NCBI RefSeq assembly: GCF_023055435.1
Contig: NW_025964090.1
Span: 2,542,001-2,606,000, forward strand
Reading direction: 5' to 3'
Length of the DNA stretch: 64,000 bases
Origin: Haliotis rufescens
Taxonomy: Eukaryota
Part shown: positions 39,701 to 51,706 of the stretch, piece by piece
Layout: each line of letters starts with the position of its first letter
Numbering within the stretch: position 1 is the stretch's first letter
Position numbers and translations under genes: made by a program
The notes under the pieces: generated by a model
Told to the model about the DNA's origin: nothing
Databases searched by the model: none
Seen by the model: only the letters and a program-made list of their open reading frames with translations

Positions 39701-40850
39701 TTGGAATCCTCTACCCATGGCTCCTCGAGGTTACAGTTGACGGGTATAGTCCTCAACTCTTTCCAAAACCTTTCATTGTAATCCTCTACCCATGGCTCCT
39801 CGAGGTAACAGTTGCCGGGTATAGTCCTCAACTCTTTCCAAAACCTTTCATTGTAATCCTCTACCCATGACTCCTCGAGGTTACAGTTGGTATAGCCCTC
39901 AACTCTTTCCAAAACCTTTCATTGTAATCCTCTACCCATGGCTCCTCGAGGTTACAGTTGCTGGGTATAGTCCTCAACTCTTTCCAAAATCTTTCATTGG
40001 AATCCTCTACCCATGGCTCCTCGAGGTTACAGTTGACGGGTATAGTCCTCAACTCTTTCCAAAACCTTTCATTGTAATCCTCTACCCATGGCTCCTCGAG
40101 GTTACAGTTGCCGGGTATAGTCCTCAACTCTTTCCAAAACCTTTCATTGTAATCCACTACCCATGGCTCCTCGAGGTAACAGTTGCCGGGTATAGTCCTC
40201 AACTCTTTCCAAACCCTTTCATTGTAATCCTCTACCAATGGCTCCTCGAGGTTACAGTTGCCGGGTATAGTCCTCAACTCTTTCCAAAACCTTTCACTGG
40301 AATCCATGGTGGGTATTTTCACATCACTTCCATTGGTTGCATTTAATTGCCTGTAAAACTGCTTTTCATTAGATTTGAACAATTCATTTTGTTTCATGAA
40401 ATTATTTTTCTTATCCCACTTTCTTTTTCTCTCTGTCCAAACCTTTAACTTTGCCTTCAGATAATCAAGAATTTGATTTAGAATTTTCTCTTTTCTTGTC
40501 TTGTATTTTGTTATAATTGTTTCCAAATTGATTTTTGGTGTTTTGACATTGATTGCCCTGAGGAACATAATTTTAAGCAAAGTTCTATCCAGGCGCATAT
40601 ACAACTTCAGTCGCCGGAGCTGGTCACAAACATTCTGCTCTGTCAGGTATACATACATTTGCATGGCTTTGTCCCAATGCTGCTTCAGTAATTTGCCATT
40701 TATACGTGGTATATCTGTCCATCGTGTTGCTTTCACACACCCATAAAGTGTGGACTTATGTTGGTACCTCAAAGATATTCTTGGATGGGTTCTGTGCCTC
40801 CCTCTGGGGCAAGTCCCATCTCCAGTTTGGTTGGTTTGTGTACGGAGCAA
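33790..40850 (-). mobile_element. Decayed non-LTR retrotransposon with restriction-like endonuclease (R4/Dong-like); central RT replaced by a satellite
   Basis: Minus-strand remnants: pre-RT region (KQNELFKSNEKQFYRQL), RT end (QAFTYLGMQ, ELNAHNKVKA), CCHC knuckle (RICNEYNETVQHIVSGCP), RLE (PIQANKPDLVLF), terminal MQKA. The 3' end runs into an AT-rich TAA-like tail. Confidence 0.85.
35165..40305. repeat. 60-bp tandem satellite (~85 units) derived from LINE ORF sequence
   Basis: Unit cattgtaatcctctacccatggctcctcgaggttacagttgccgggtatagtcctcaactctttccaaaaccttt-type, period 60, with occasional 56-bp variants. Confidence 0.97.
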
Positions 40851-41909
40851 TGTAACATTATGATGTTGAAAAGTGAAAAAATCAATCTCTTCAATTTTTA
40901 CTACAAAGTACTCTTGAGAGGGTTAGTGACACTAGACTGTCATATAAAACGTCGTCTAAATCGCTGTCTAACATTCTACATTTCATTAGGCTTTGTATCT
41001 TAGAGCTCAGATGTTATATTTTCCGTTGAAGTTTGGAACTTGTAAGACACTGTTACATTCCTCTTAATGACCGATTCTGCGACATCTGTTTCTCCAAAAC
41101 GTAAATGTATTGAGAATGAATACCATGTTATGTTTATATGTGAATACAATGCTTCTATAACAAAAAAGTACCTCTCATCTTATTTTGTTTCTGTTTTCTG
41201 CTCCAATTTACGTGATGTCATCAATACGAATACTGTTACAAAATAGTCTACATCAATACCACATACTACGTCACCTGTAATAACAATGAATAATGCACAC
41301 ACATCCACACACAGCAAGAGACACGTGTTCATAGTCACACACACGCACGCACGCACGCACGCACGCACGCACACACACGCACGCACACACATTCTGTCTT
41401 TCAAAAGCATTTGGTATGGGTCTGGTCTAACCTTTAGGTCCAAGGTTAAAATCCCACTTGGGCAATTTTATTTGATCATTTTATGTATTCTAGCAACAAA
41501 CACCACAGTAATCTTTATCACACTATTGAAACACTATTCTTGACCGCTTCTATTTGACAAGTAAAAGCTGATAAAAAATATCACATAAACAAAGAAACAT
41601 CTCAAGTCTTGACATACCACGAGTGGTGGAGTGATTCAGCACTATTGTATCCGTCATAAGACATTGTGACCAGGTATGGATTCTGCAAAGTCATGGAGCC
41701 TCGCCCCATGTTCAGTTAACACAGATGACAAGCAAAACAACAAACAAAACCTGTCCTGACCCCGAATCCGATCAGGAGTGTACACATACGAACAGGTACT
41801 GCATGCAGATTCGCATAATGTGCCAACTCATGTTAATATTGTGTGAGCGCATTCTCGTGGGGTAGCTTGAACCTGTCACAACAACGCACATCAGAACGAC
41901 AGAAGCTCT

Positions 41910-41976
41910 CCATTTACAAAGCGAGGACAGCGGTGTGTGTCAGCAGAAAAGCTTGAGTCTCGGAGTCAGTGTAGCC
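41910..41976 (+). promoter_or_regulatory. Conserved MIF core promoter/5'UTR block
   Basis: ttta(c/t)aaagcgaggacagcggtgtgtgtcagcagaaaag-type block is conserved before all five exon-1 copies; TATA-like to TCAG spacing is about 29 nt. Confidence 0.5.
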
Positions 41977-44206
41977 ATGCCGTGTTTTCTTCTGTTCACG
42001 AATCTGCAAGCAAGTGCCATCCCAAAGGGTTTTTTGATGGAAACCTCAACAGTCATTGCCAAAGCCATTCGGAAACCGGAAATTGTAAGTTCAAGCTAGC
42101 ATGCACAAGAATAATTTTTATCCAAACCACAACATGTGTTGTGACCAGTAAATGTTCTTTATAGTAGTATTGCGAAAAACATATCAGAATATAACAATGT
42201 GTTATCAAATTGTTGGCGGGAAACCTATTTTTAGAAATTTACTAGATGTCAAGATTTATCATATCAGGACATGTTGGAAAAACCCTTTGTAAACTCCTCT
42301 CTAAAATGTATATATTCACAAGGAAATAATATATGAGCATATTAATATGGGTGTAAGAAACAATCTCCACTATGCTTTTGGCAGAAATTTCTTGTGCGGT
42401 TTGGTTGGTTGTTTGGTTGGTTTGTTATTTTACGCCGCACTCAGCAATATTCCAGCTATCTGACGGCGGTCTGTAAATAATCGAGTCTGGGCCAGACAAT
42501 CCAGTGATTGATATCATGAGCATTGATCCACGAAATTGTTGTGCGGTAAGAAAGTGGTTCTAAAGTTACAGACATAAGAAGGAAGTGAAACTGTGCGATA
42601 AGTATTAGGTGAGAAGAGGTTAAATGGGGTTTAACGTCTCGTCCAAGATTATTGCACTTATATAGCGACGGGCATGCACGTGTGGGTGTGGGTGGCTGCT
42701 TGTACTAGTCCGATTTATAGTGATGCCGATTTATAGTGCTAGCTCACTGAGATACAATGCTGCAGTTTCACATGAATACCCCACTCAGACACAGTATACT
42801 GACTCCGAGCCGACCAGTCCTTGTTTTAGCCCCTTAATGCCGAGCGCCAGACAAGATAACAACAAGTACCATCTTTTAACGTCTTAAGGAGTAAAACCTA
42901 CTGTCATTGTTCATAAAATCGGTGTAAGAATCTGTGTAAATAGCTCTTTCACAGCTCATATTGTATACATTGTGATGTTGAAAAGGGGATACCTCGCAGT
43001 GTTTAGGACGAACATAGTCATTATTTGCATTGTCCGTGAATAGTGTTCGGCGTCACCGACGTGATGTTTACATTTCGAGGCCTTTGGAAATGCGAGAGGG
43101 TAACATTATTAGTGACCTCTGATAACAAGGCTATGGCCTGAATAGATGCAGGGTACCGTATTTCATCGATTAAACGCCTGAGTACGAGGTATCTGCAAAA
43201 AATAAATGCATTAGAGTTTTAGAGAACTTTTAAATTACGGAACTGATTTCAGTATGTGACGGTGAGGATTCATCCAGATCAGATGATGAGCCACGGGGGC
43301 ACGACTGATCCATGTGCCAACTCCGAGCTGCAGAGTATTGGAAACATGGGGAATGAGGAAAACATTCAGATGTCCAAAGAAATTTCAGAATTCCTGCAAC
43401 AAAAGCTTGGTATTGACCCAAAAAGGTTAGAAATAGCAAATGGGTCTGCATTGAAATGCTGAAGTATCGGTCATGTTGGTGGATTTCTGAGGGAGAATAA
43501 ATTGCGTACTTTATGCTTGTGGTAAATTAAGACAACACGTGGCCACTGCCTAAGGCTTGAGCATGTAACGATACACTTATTGGCTATACAATAGATATCT
43601 TGATAGTCTTGTAAGGTTGCAACAGGATACACAATATGATACATGAAAACTCAATAGTTGACATGTTGAATATTTATCATAAGAGTACATGAATATGAAG
43701 CCTTGTTGGCGAGTGAGTCCACTGACTTTTCGCATCCTCATTGCCCATCTAACCCAGGGTAATCTGTAGACATTTATGTGACAGTGAACTATTGACTTTG
43801 TATCGATATTCATAAACTTGTATTGATTCAACATAGACATTTACTACTATATTTACATCACGACACATGCTTTCCGTAAAAGGTGACTATGCCTGTGGTA
43901 AGAGACGACTAACGGGATCGGGTGGTCAGGCTCCAAACTCGATTATTTACAGACCGCCGTCATATAGCTGGAATATTGCCGTGTGCGGCGTTAAACCACA
44001 AACAAACATCACGACACTCGATGACACGATGACACCCAGTGACCTAGGTCAGTATTAGGCTGGTCAGTTGTCACACACAGAACCACAGCTGAGCATAATT
44101 CTGATATATGGTTTTCTTTATTTTCAGAAACTACATCAAATTCACCAACATGAAACCACTTGAGGTTGGGTTTGATGGGACCACGTTTGAAGTCTTGTGG
44201 AAATAA
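41977..44206 (+). CDS. MIF: MIF-like copy 5 (subtype B), 119 aa; join(41977..42084,43253..43425,44128..44206)
   Basis: MPCFLLFTNLQASAIPKGFLMETSTVIAKAIRKPEI/YVTVRIHPDQMMSHGGTTDPCANSELQSIGNMGNEENIQMSKEISEFLQQKLGIDPKR/NYIKFTNMKPLEVGFDGTTFEVLWK*. Intact, no gaps. Confidence 0.92.
42607..42885 (-). mobile_element. SINE family B, 5'-truncated
   Basis: Reverse complement of about 16960-17245. Confidence 0.75.
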
Positions 44207-44644
44207 ATGAATTGGCTGGGCAACATATTCAAATTCAAAACCTTCCAATACACTAATGATGGTGCATAGTATCAGTGGTGAAGACTTGTCACTTATATTA
44301 TCATGTTTAATATGTCGTTGCTACAGCTACAAAAACAGATAAAGTTTTTATTGAAAACTATGATCCTGAATTTTTTAAAGAATTCTTTTGAGGCAACAAT
44401 TTGGTATTTCTTTCTAATCACGTTGAACTGATTTTTGACACAGGACAGTGGTGACAGATAATGAAAGCTGGCAAGTTTGATTTTAAATTTCATTTTTTTA
44501 AAGAAAAGATATCTAATTTCCCAAAAGAGAGTATTATGCATATTGTGAAAAGGTATTAAACATGTATAACTGGAATCAAGGGTTCAATTTTCAATGTAAG
44601 TGAATGTTGTTATAGGTTAAAGTTTAGTATGATCAGTGATTGAC

Positions 44645-46310
44645 ACCGGGGGGTGCAATGACCCACAAGCAGCGATACACACTTTTGGGATGCGATGTCA
44701 CACAAGCAGCGATACACACTTTTGGGATGCGATGTCACACAAGCACCGATACACACTTTTGGGATGCGGTGACACACAAGAAGCGATACACACTTTTGGG
44801 ATGCGATGTCACACAAGCAGCGATACACACTTTTGGGATGCGATGTCACACAAGCACCGATACACACTTTTGGGATGTGGTGACACACAAGCAGCGATAC
44901 ACACTTTTGGGATGCGATGTCACACGAGCAGCGATACACACTTTTGGGATGCGATGTCACACAAGCACCGATACACACTTTTGGGATGCGGTGACACACA
45001 AGCAGCGATACACACTTTTGGGATGCAATGTCACACAAGCAGCGATACACACTTTTGGGATGCGATGTCACACAAGCAGCGGTACACACTTTTGGGATGC
45101 GATGTCACACAAGCACCGATACACACTTTTGGGATGCGGTGACACACACGCACCGATACACACTTTTGGGATGCGATGTCACACAAGCAGCGATACACAC
45201 TTTTGAGATGCGATGTCACACAAGCACCAATACACACTTTTGGGATGCGGTGACACACAAGCACCGATACACACTTTTGGGGTACGATGTCACACAAGCA
45301 CCGTTACACACTTTTGGGATGCGGTGACACACAAGCACCGATACACACTTTTGGGGTGCGATGACACACACGCACCGATACACATTGTTGGTGTGCGATG
45401 ACACACACGCACCGATACACACTTTTGGGATGCGATGACACACACGCACTGATACACACTTTTCGGGTGCGATGACACACACGCACCGATACACATTGTT
45501 GGGGTGCGATGACACACACGCACCGATACACATTGTTGGGGCGCTATGACACACACGCACCGATATACATTGTTGGGGTGCGATAACACACAAGCACCGA
45601 TACACATTGCTGGGGTGCGATGACACACACGCACCGATACACATTGTTTGGGTGCGATGACACATAAGCACTGATACACATTGTTGTGGTGCGATGATAA
45701 ACACGCACTGATACACATTGTTGGGGCGCGATGACACACAAGCACCCAAGCACCGATACACATTGTTGGGGTGCGATGACACACACGCACTGATACACAT
45801 TGTTGGGGTGCGATGACACAAACGCACCGATACACATTGTTGGGGTGCGATGACACACACGCACTGATATACATTGTTGGGGTGCTATGACACACACGCA
45901 CCGATACACATTGATGGGGCGCTATGACACACACGCACCGATACATATTGTTGGGGCGCTGTGACACAAGCACTGATACACATTGTTGGGGCGCTATGAC
46001 ACACAAGCACTGATACACATTGTTGGGGTGCGATGACACACACGCACCGATACACATTGTTGGGACGCTATTACACACACGCACTGATACACATTGTTGG
46101 GGCGCTATGACACACACGCACCGATACACATTGTTGGGGCGCTGTGACACACGCACCGATACACATTGTTGGGGTGCTATGACACAAGCACAGATACACA
46201 CTTTTGGGGCGCTATGACACAAGCACTGATACATACTTTTGGGGCGCTATGACAAAAAAACTGAAACACACTTTTTGGGTGCTATGACACAAGCACTGAT
46301 GCACACTATT
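44645..46310. repeat. 37-bp minisatellite, ~44 units
   Basis: gcaccgatacacattgttggggtgcgatgacacacac-type units. Confidence 0.95.
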
Positions 46311-46562
46311 TCGTTTGTTGTTTAACACGTCACTAAGCAATATTCCAGATATTTGACGGCGGTCTGTAAATAATCGAGTCTGGACCAGATAATCCAGTTA
46401 TTGATCTGTAGGGATGTGATGACACGCCATCCAAACTTGTTGTATAACTGACACATCTTTTAATCGTAGGAAATGTGTTGATAATCGGCTAAATTTGCCA
46501 ACAATCACCAGCATCGCTATGCTTGTGTTCAACTATCCGCGTATCGAATACTAAATAATAAC

Positions 46563-46727
46563 GGGGCGGTCGGGTAGCCTAGTGGTTCAAGCGTTTGCTC
46601 GTCGCGCCGAAGACCCGGGTTCGATTCCCGACATGGGTACAATGTGTGAAGCCCATTTCTGGTGTCCCCCGCCGTGATATTGCTGGAATATTGCCAAAAT
46701 CGGTGCAAAATCAAACTCACTCACTCA
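46563..46727 (+). mobile_element. SINE family A, full length
   Basis: ggggcggtcgggtagcctagtggttcaagcg...ggttcgattcccg...cactcactcac; TSD aaata(a/g)taac. Confidence 0.88.
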
Positions 46728-47081
46728 CGAAATAGTAACCGCTCAATATTCATAGTCTGAAAACATAAATAGACAACTTGTGTTTCCGTAACGTAAAGAT
46801 GTTAGGAATACAAATTGTATAAAGCGAACCGATGGCGAGAATAACAAAAGGCTCAACTTAGATGTTGTTATACCAGTGATTTATGTGAGTGGTGATTGCA
46901 ACAGGCAGAGAAGGAAATATTTACCCTTTCAGCGAACACCTGGTGTCATCATTGGTTTTCACCATTATTTTGCCTTTTACGCCCAGTGGAATCTATATTG
47001 ATAGATAAGTTCTATATAATAGAGTGTGGTGTGCGTGGGCCGAGGCTCGATGAGGTTGCAGAGTCCATACCTGGTCACAAT

Positions 47082-47355
47082 GTTGGTTTGTTGGTTGGTT
47101 TGTTGTTTAACGCCGCACTCAGCAATATTCCAGCTATATGACGGCGGTCTGTAAATAATCGAGTCTGGACAAGACAATCCAGTGATTAATAGCATGAGCA
47201 TCGATCCACGAAATTGGGATCGATGACATGTATCAACCAAGTCAGCGAGCCTGACCACCCGATCCCGTTTGTCGCCTTTTACGACAAGCATAGTCGCCTT
47301 TTACGGCAAGTATGGGTTGCTGAAGACCTATTCTACTCCGGAATCTTCACGGGCC
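47082..47355 (-). mobile_element. Short retroposon family C
   Basis: 11-bp TSD ggtcacaatgt. Confidence 0.85.
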
Positions 47356-47651
47356 GGTCACAATGTCTTATGACGGATACAATAGTGCTGACTCACTCCA
47401 CCACTCGTGGTGTGTCTAGGCTTGAGATGTTTCTTTGTTTATGTGATATTTTTTATCAGCTTTTACTTGTCAAATAGAAGCGATCAGAAATAGTGTTTCA
47501 ATAGTGTGATAAAGATTACTGTGGTGTTAGTTGCTAGAATACATAAAATGATAAACTCGTCGTTAAGGTCAAATACAACTGCCCAAATGGGATTTGAACC
47601 TTGGACCTAAAGGTTAGACCAGACCCATACCAAATGCTTTTGAAAGACAGA

Positions 47652-47652
<1 letters not shown>

Positions 47653-47729
<77 letters not shown>

Positions 47730-47737
47730 GTGTGTGT
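47653..47737. repeat. (GT)n microsatellite
   Basis: Direct inspection. Confidence 0.95.
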
Positions 47738-47779
47738 TATTAATTATTAAATTAAGCATTTATATAGTTTTACACACAC

Positions 47780-48560
47780 AAAATAGTTTGCACGCATACA
47801 AGTGAAGCTTTTATAAAACATTGAATTGTTTTAATCCCCATATTCCAGCACCGTAAAGTCATATTGGTTTATTTAACATGAAAAATATTAAAGAATGACG
47901 TGCAAATTATTTGTATTTGTGTATTCTTCATAAATTTCTTCTTAAAAATATGTGTATATTCTTCATAATGCCAAATAAAATCTTCTTGGCCTGGACTAAT
48001 ACTTCTATCACATGTGTAGACCAATTTAGATTGTTACTGAAATGAACATCCAAATATTTATAGTGCGTAGTTACATCCAAAGTTTTAAGTTTACAGCTAT
48101 TTGTTTAATACACTAATTTTCGTTTTGACTCTATTAACAGTGACTTTCCATTCATCACACTAATGTTCTAATACATTAATTGCATGTCACCAGCTGTGCT
48201 TGAGAACATGATAATATCATCTGCCAAATAATACAGAAAGCGTTGAACAGGATCTTGATGTAATTGAATACCTTTTGTACAACTATTATTGATTTGTTGA
48301 ACTAATTAATTTATGAAAAAGGAACATAAAAACGGACGTAATATACACCCTTGGCATAGGCTAAACTTGCATTCAAACATTGCATTACACCCTTCTGTGG
48401 TATACACGTTTTAACATTGTCATATATTCTACAAAATAATGTAAACATTTTGGAACTAAGTCCACGTGCATTAAATAATCTCCATAATTTACACCTGTAT
48501 ATAAGTCAAATGCTTTAGAGAACTCAACAAATAATGAACAAAACTTTCCCTCTTCCTTGA
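47780..48560 (-). mobile_element. Old LINE reverse-transcriptase fragment (CR1/L2-group-like)
   Basis: Minus-strand motifs VEFSKAFD, GCILRPFL, YLADDIIMFS and HYKYLDV, with stops and frameshifts. Confidence 0.7.
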
Positions 48561-48842
48561 TGAGTGAGTGAGTGAGTTGGGTTTAACGCCGCTTTTAACA
48601 TTATTCCAGTTATATCACGGCGTGTCAGCTTAATGTGGGAGGAAAGCCCTAAGTGATGCAGGTCTCAGACGTTTACCACTTCGGTGAAACCCACGAGCAC
48701 GGGTATGGTGCCGACAAACCTAGAAACATAATCGGGGCGAACCGGGATTCAAACCCACAATCATAGGTTTCTGGAGTGTCCAAGGCACACAACTCTGCAC
48801 AACGAATTGCGGCGCCTTAGACGACTGGGCCATCCGTGCCCT
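48560..48842 (-). mobile_element. SINE family D
   Basis: Minus-strand head gggcacggatggcccagtcgtctaaggcgcc...gggtttgaatccc; (cact)n tail. Confidence 0.82.
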
Positions 48843-49174
48843 CTGGGTCTTGTAAGTGGCACACAAGTAACAAATCAGCTGAAGCTGGTGGCGGAGAGTA
48901 GATGGATGGGGAATCACGTTTGGAAAGACTCCCAAGGGTTTCTAGTGCATTTGCCAAATTATAAAACATGGAGTTTCTTTAAGCAAGTGAATGTTTCTAA
49001 CCTGTTTCTGAGTACCCAGCAGTGAATGGTAGGTGAGATGGTAATGTAAATGCATGGTAGCTTTGGTTGTGTACTCCTACTGTAACTGAGAATGCAGTAT
49101 GAACATACTCTGATCCATTGACAAGGTATAATATCATGCATTTTGAGCATGTCACTTGGTTTTGGGGAATTTTG

Positions 49175-49755
49175 CAATCTCATTAAAATCAGACCTAAGT
49201 TCTCGCTATCACTAAACAAAGATCTGAGGACATCCCATTACGGATCACATCAGAACGACCTTTCATCCGACCAATCAAAGCGTCGCTTACCAGATCATGA
49301 AAGTGACAGTCGGAATGTGTTTTCTAATCATGCAACCTCGAAAACGTTGACATGGTGTATTCCGAACGACAGTTATGGCCAATACGACTGATTCCGTCAA
49401 AATGATCGTCTATCTCTCACTTCCGCGGGATAAACATTTGAACAGAGGAGGCGTTGCACAGTACGTGGGAAGCACGGGATTCCGGAATGTTCCTTTGTTC
49501 AGTTTAAAAAAAATTAATCAAGAACTGTGTCAACATAGTTTTCAAGCGAAGTCTGAAATTGAAGTCGCCAGGTTAAAACGAGTGTCGTAAAGCTCGAGAA
49601 AGCTGCTTTCTAATTGGCTGATGTCGACTTCTTGTTAGTCATTTCGGTGGTCGGTCAAAGTTCGCGAAAGGTCGTTCTGACGTGACCCATAATGGGATGT
49701 CCTCAGATCTTTGTTTCGCAGCAGCGAGAACTTAGGTCTGATTTCAATGAGATTG
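49175..49755. mobile_element. Second copy of the Mutator-like MITE
   Basis: Same TIRs; gggaatttt duplicated on both sides. Confidence 0.85.
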
Positions 49756-50604
49756 GGGAATTTTATTATTATGATTATGATTATGATTATGATTATTATT
49801 ATTCCTACATTGACACACAATTAGGCAAATCACATATTATAACACAAATTTTCTAACAAGACAAGCATGAGATATTTACCTATTCTGCACATATATCGGT
49901 ATTCTGCAATACGCTTTTCAAATCATACATATTGCAATATGTGTTTCTGTAAAACAATGTAACAATTTACATTATTATTTGTATTGTAAAATCTGCCAAG
50001 AAACTTAATCACAAATGATGTTCCCCTTCAAATTTATAATAAAAAAAACACTGGTAACGTTGAAGTGATTTCACAATCATTCTGTTATCTACCCTGTATT
50101 CACAACTTCAAAATGGCGGCAAATAAAAATATTAACTTTAGTATGTGGAACATTATAATCTGCATGTACAATTAGTGTTACATCACTGTCAAACACTGAA
50201 GCTCCCAATATATCGCAATGCGTATCGCAGTACGATAACAGTGCAATATGTTGCAAGACATCCTTTATCATTATTTCAGTGGTCAACATTCATATTGGTA
50301 ACACTGGTTTTCAATGAACTCATATATAACTAAATATACATAGTTGTTATTAGTGTTCTTAAAATGTACACAGGATAAATATTTGATTGTGAACGTCTGT
50401 TTGTGGCAGGTGAATGAAGGTGAGCCCTCTGTGATGTGGTTGTCCGGTCTGCACATACCGGAGTCCTATCTCACGGCCTTGGTGCAAGCGACATGTCGTA
50501 AGAACAGCTGGCCACTGGACAAGTCCACTCTGTACACCAGCGTCACACAGTACCAGGCCGCGGAGGACGTCACAGAACGGGCACATGCTGGTCAGTACAC
50601 TGTG

Positions 50605-50872
50605 GACCCGTCAAGATCCGGGATAGAATAGGTCTTCAGCAACCCATGCTTGCCGTAAAAGGCGACGATGCTTGTCGTAAGAGTCGACTAACTGGATCGG
50701 GTGGTCATACTAGCTGACTTGGTTGATGCATGTCATCGTATCCCAATTGTGTGGATCGATGCTCATAATGGCAATCACCCGATTGTCTGATCCAGACCCG
50801 ATTATTTAAGACCCCCGTCATATAGCTGGAATATTGCTGAGTGTGGCGTTAAACAACAAATATACAAACAAA
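50605..50872 (+). mobile_element. Short retroposon family C in a dynein intron
   Basis: TSD agtacac(t/a)gtg. Confidence 0.85.
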
Positions 50873-51429
50873 TAGTACACAGTGACATTTATAGACCCCA
50901 ATTTTCAAACCCTTTAAATTATCAGATTGATCTGTAAGTTTATTTCTGCTTCAAAATGAAATTACATGTTTTTCTTTGAGCTATATCATTACCCTACCCA
51001 GAGTAGCCTAGCACTATTAAACTGGCATAGTCTGGACTAGCACAAGCAGTCACACTCATGTGCATGCATGTCTCTATGTGAGAGAAACAATCTTGAATGT
51101 GATGTTAAACCTGATTTGATCTCCTCTCTTTGAGCCATAAGCCTATACAATGCCATGAAAGTTCCATGTGTTGCTGTCGTCAGGTTGTTTCATGTACGGC
51201 CTGTGTCTCATCCGTCAGAAACCCAAACAGCTCATTCAAGAACTACCAGTTCTCAAGATCATCCCCATCGAAGCTCATCGGCTCAAACTCCAGGTGAGTA
51301 GGTCACTTTGAGATAACTGGTATCAAACATGTGAAATTGAATTCCAGGATTGGCTATTCCATGGTGATGACCTGAGGTCAGATTATGACAGACTACTTTC
51401 CTGACTGTAGTTCATTGATGTTTCTCATG

Positions 51430-51706
51430 AGTGAGTGAGTTGTGTTTAATGCCGCTTTTAACAGTATTACAGTTAAATTGCGGCATGTTAGCTTATTGTG
51501 GGAGGAAAGCCCGAAGTGATGCAGGTCTCAGACGTTTACCACTCCAGTGAAACCCACGAGCACGGGTATGGTGCCGACAAACCTAGAAACATAATCGGGG
51601 CGAACCGGGATTCGAACCCACAATCATAGGTTTCTGGCATGCCCAAGGGACGCAACTCTGCACAGCAAATCACGGCGCCTCAGACGACTGGGCCACCTGT
51701 GGCCCC
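51430..51706 (-). mobile_element. SINE family D
   Basis: 13-bp TSD gatgtttctcatg; B box ggttcgaatccc. Confidence 0.85.

Noticed and set aside
35136-40346. Long ORFs of 200-480 aa on both strands
   Set aside because: They are translations of a 60-bp satellite that is stop-free in some frames and are broken by 56-bp variants.
44610-46234. Cys-rich ORFs resembling metallothionein or keratin-associated proteins (also 3960-4348, 5113-5453)
   Set aside because: All frames are translations of the 37-bp minisatellite.
46563-46640. tRNA genes (also 16877, 51600-51706)
   Set aside because: The tRNA-like heads continue into SINE bodies and tails with TSDs; no standalone cloverleaf.
48840-49010. Possible additional upstream dynein exon
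   Set aside because: The translation shows no similarity to the expected preceding DNAH10 sequence.
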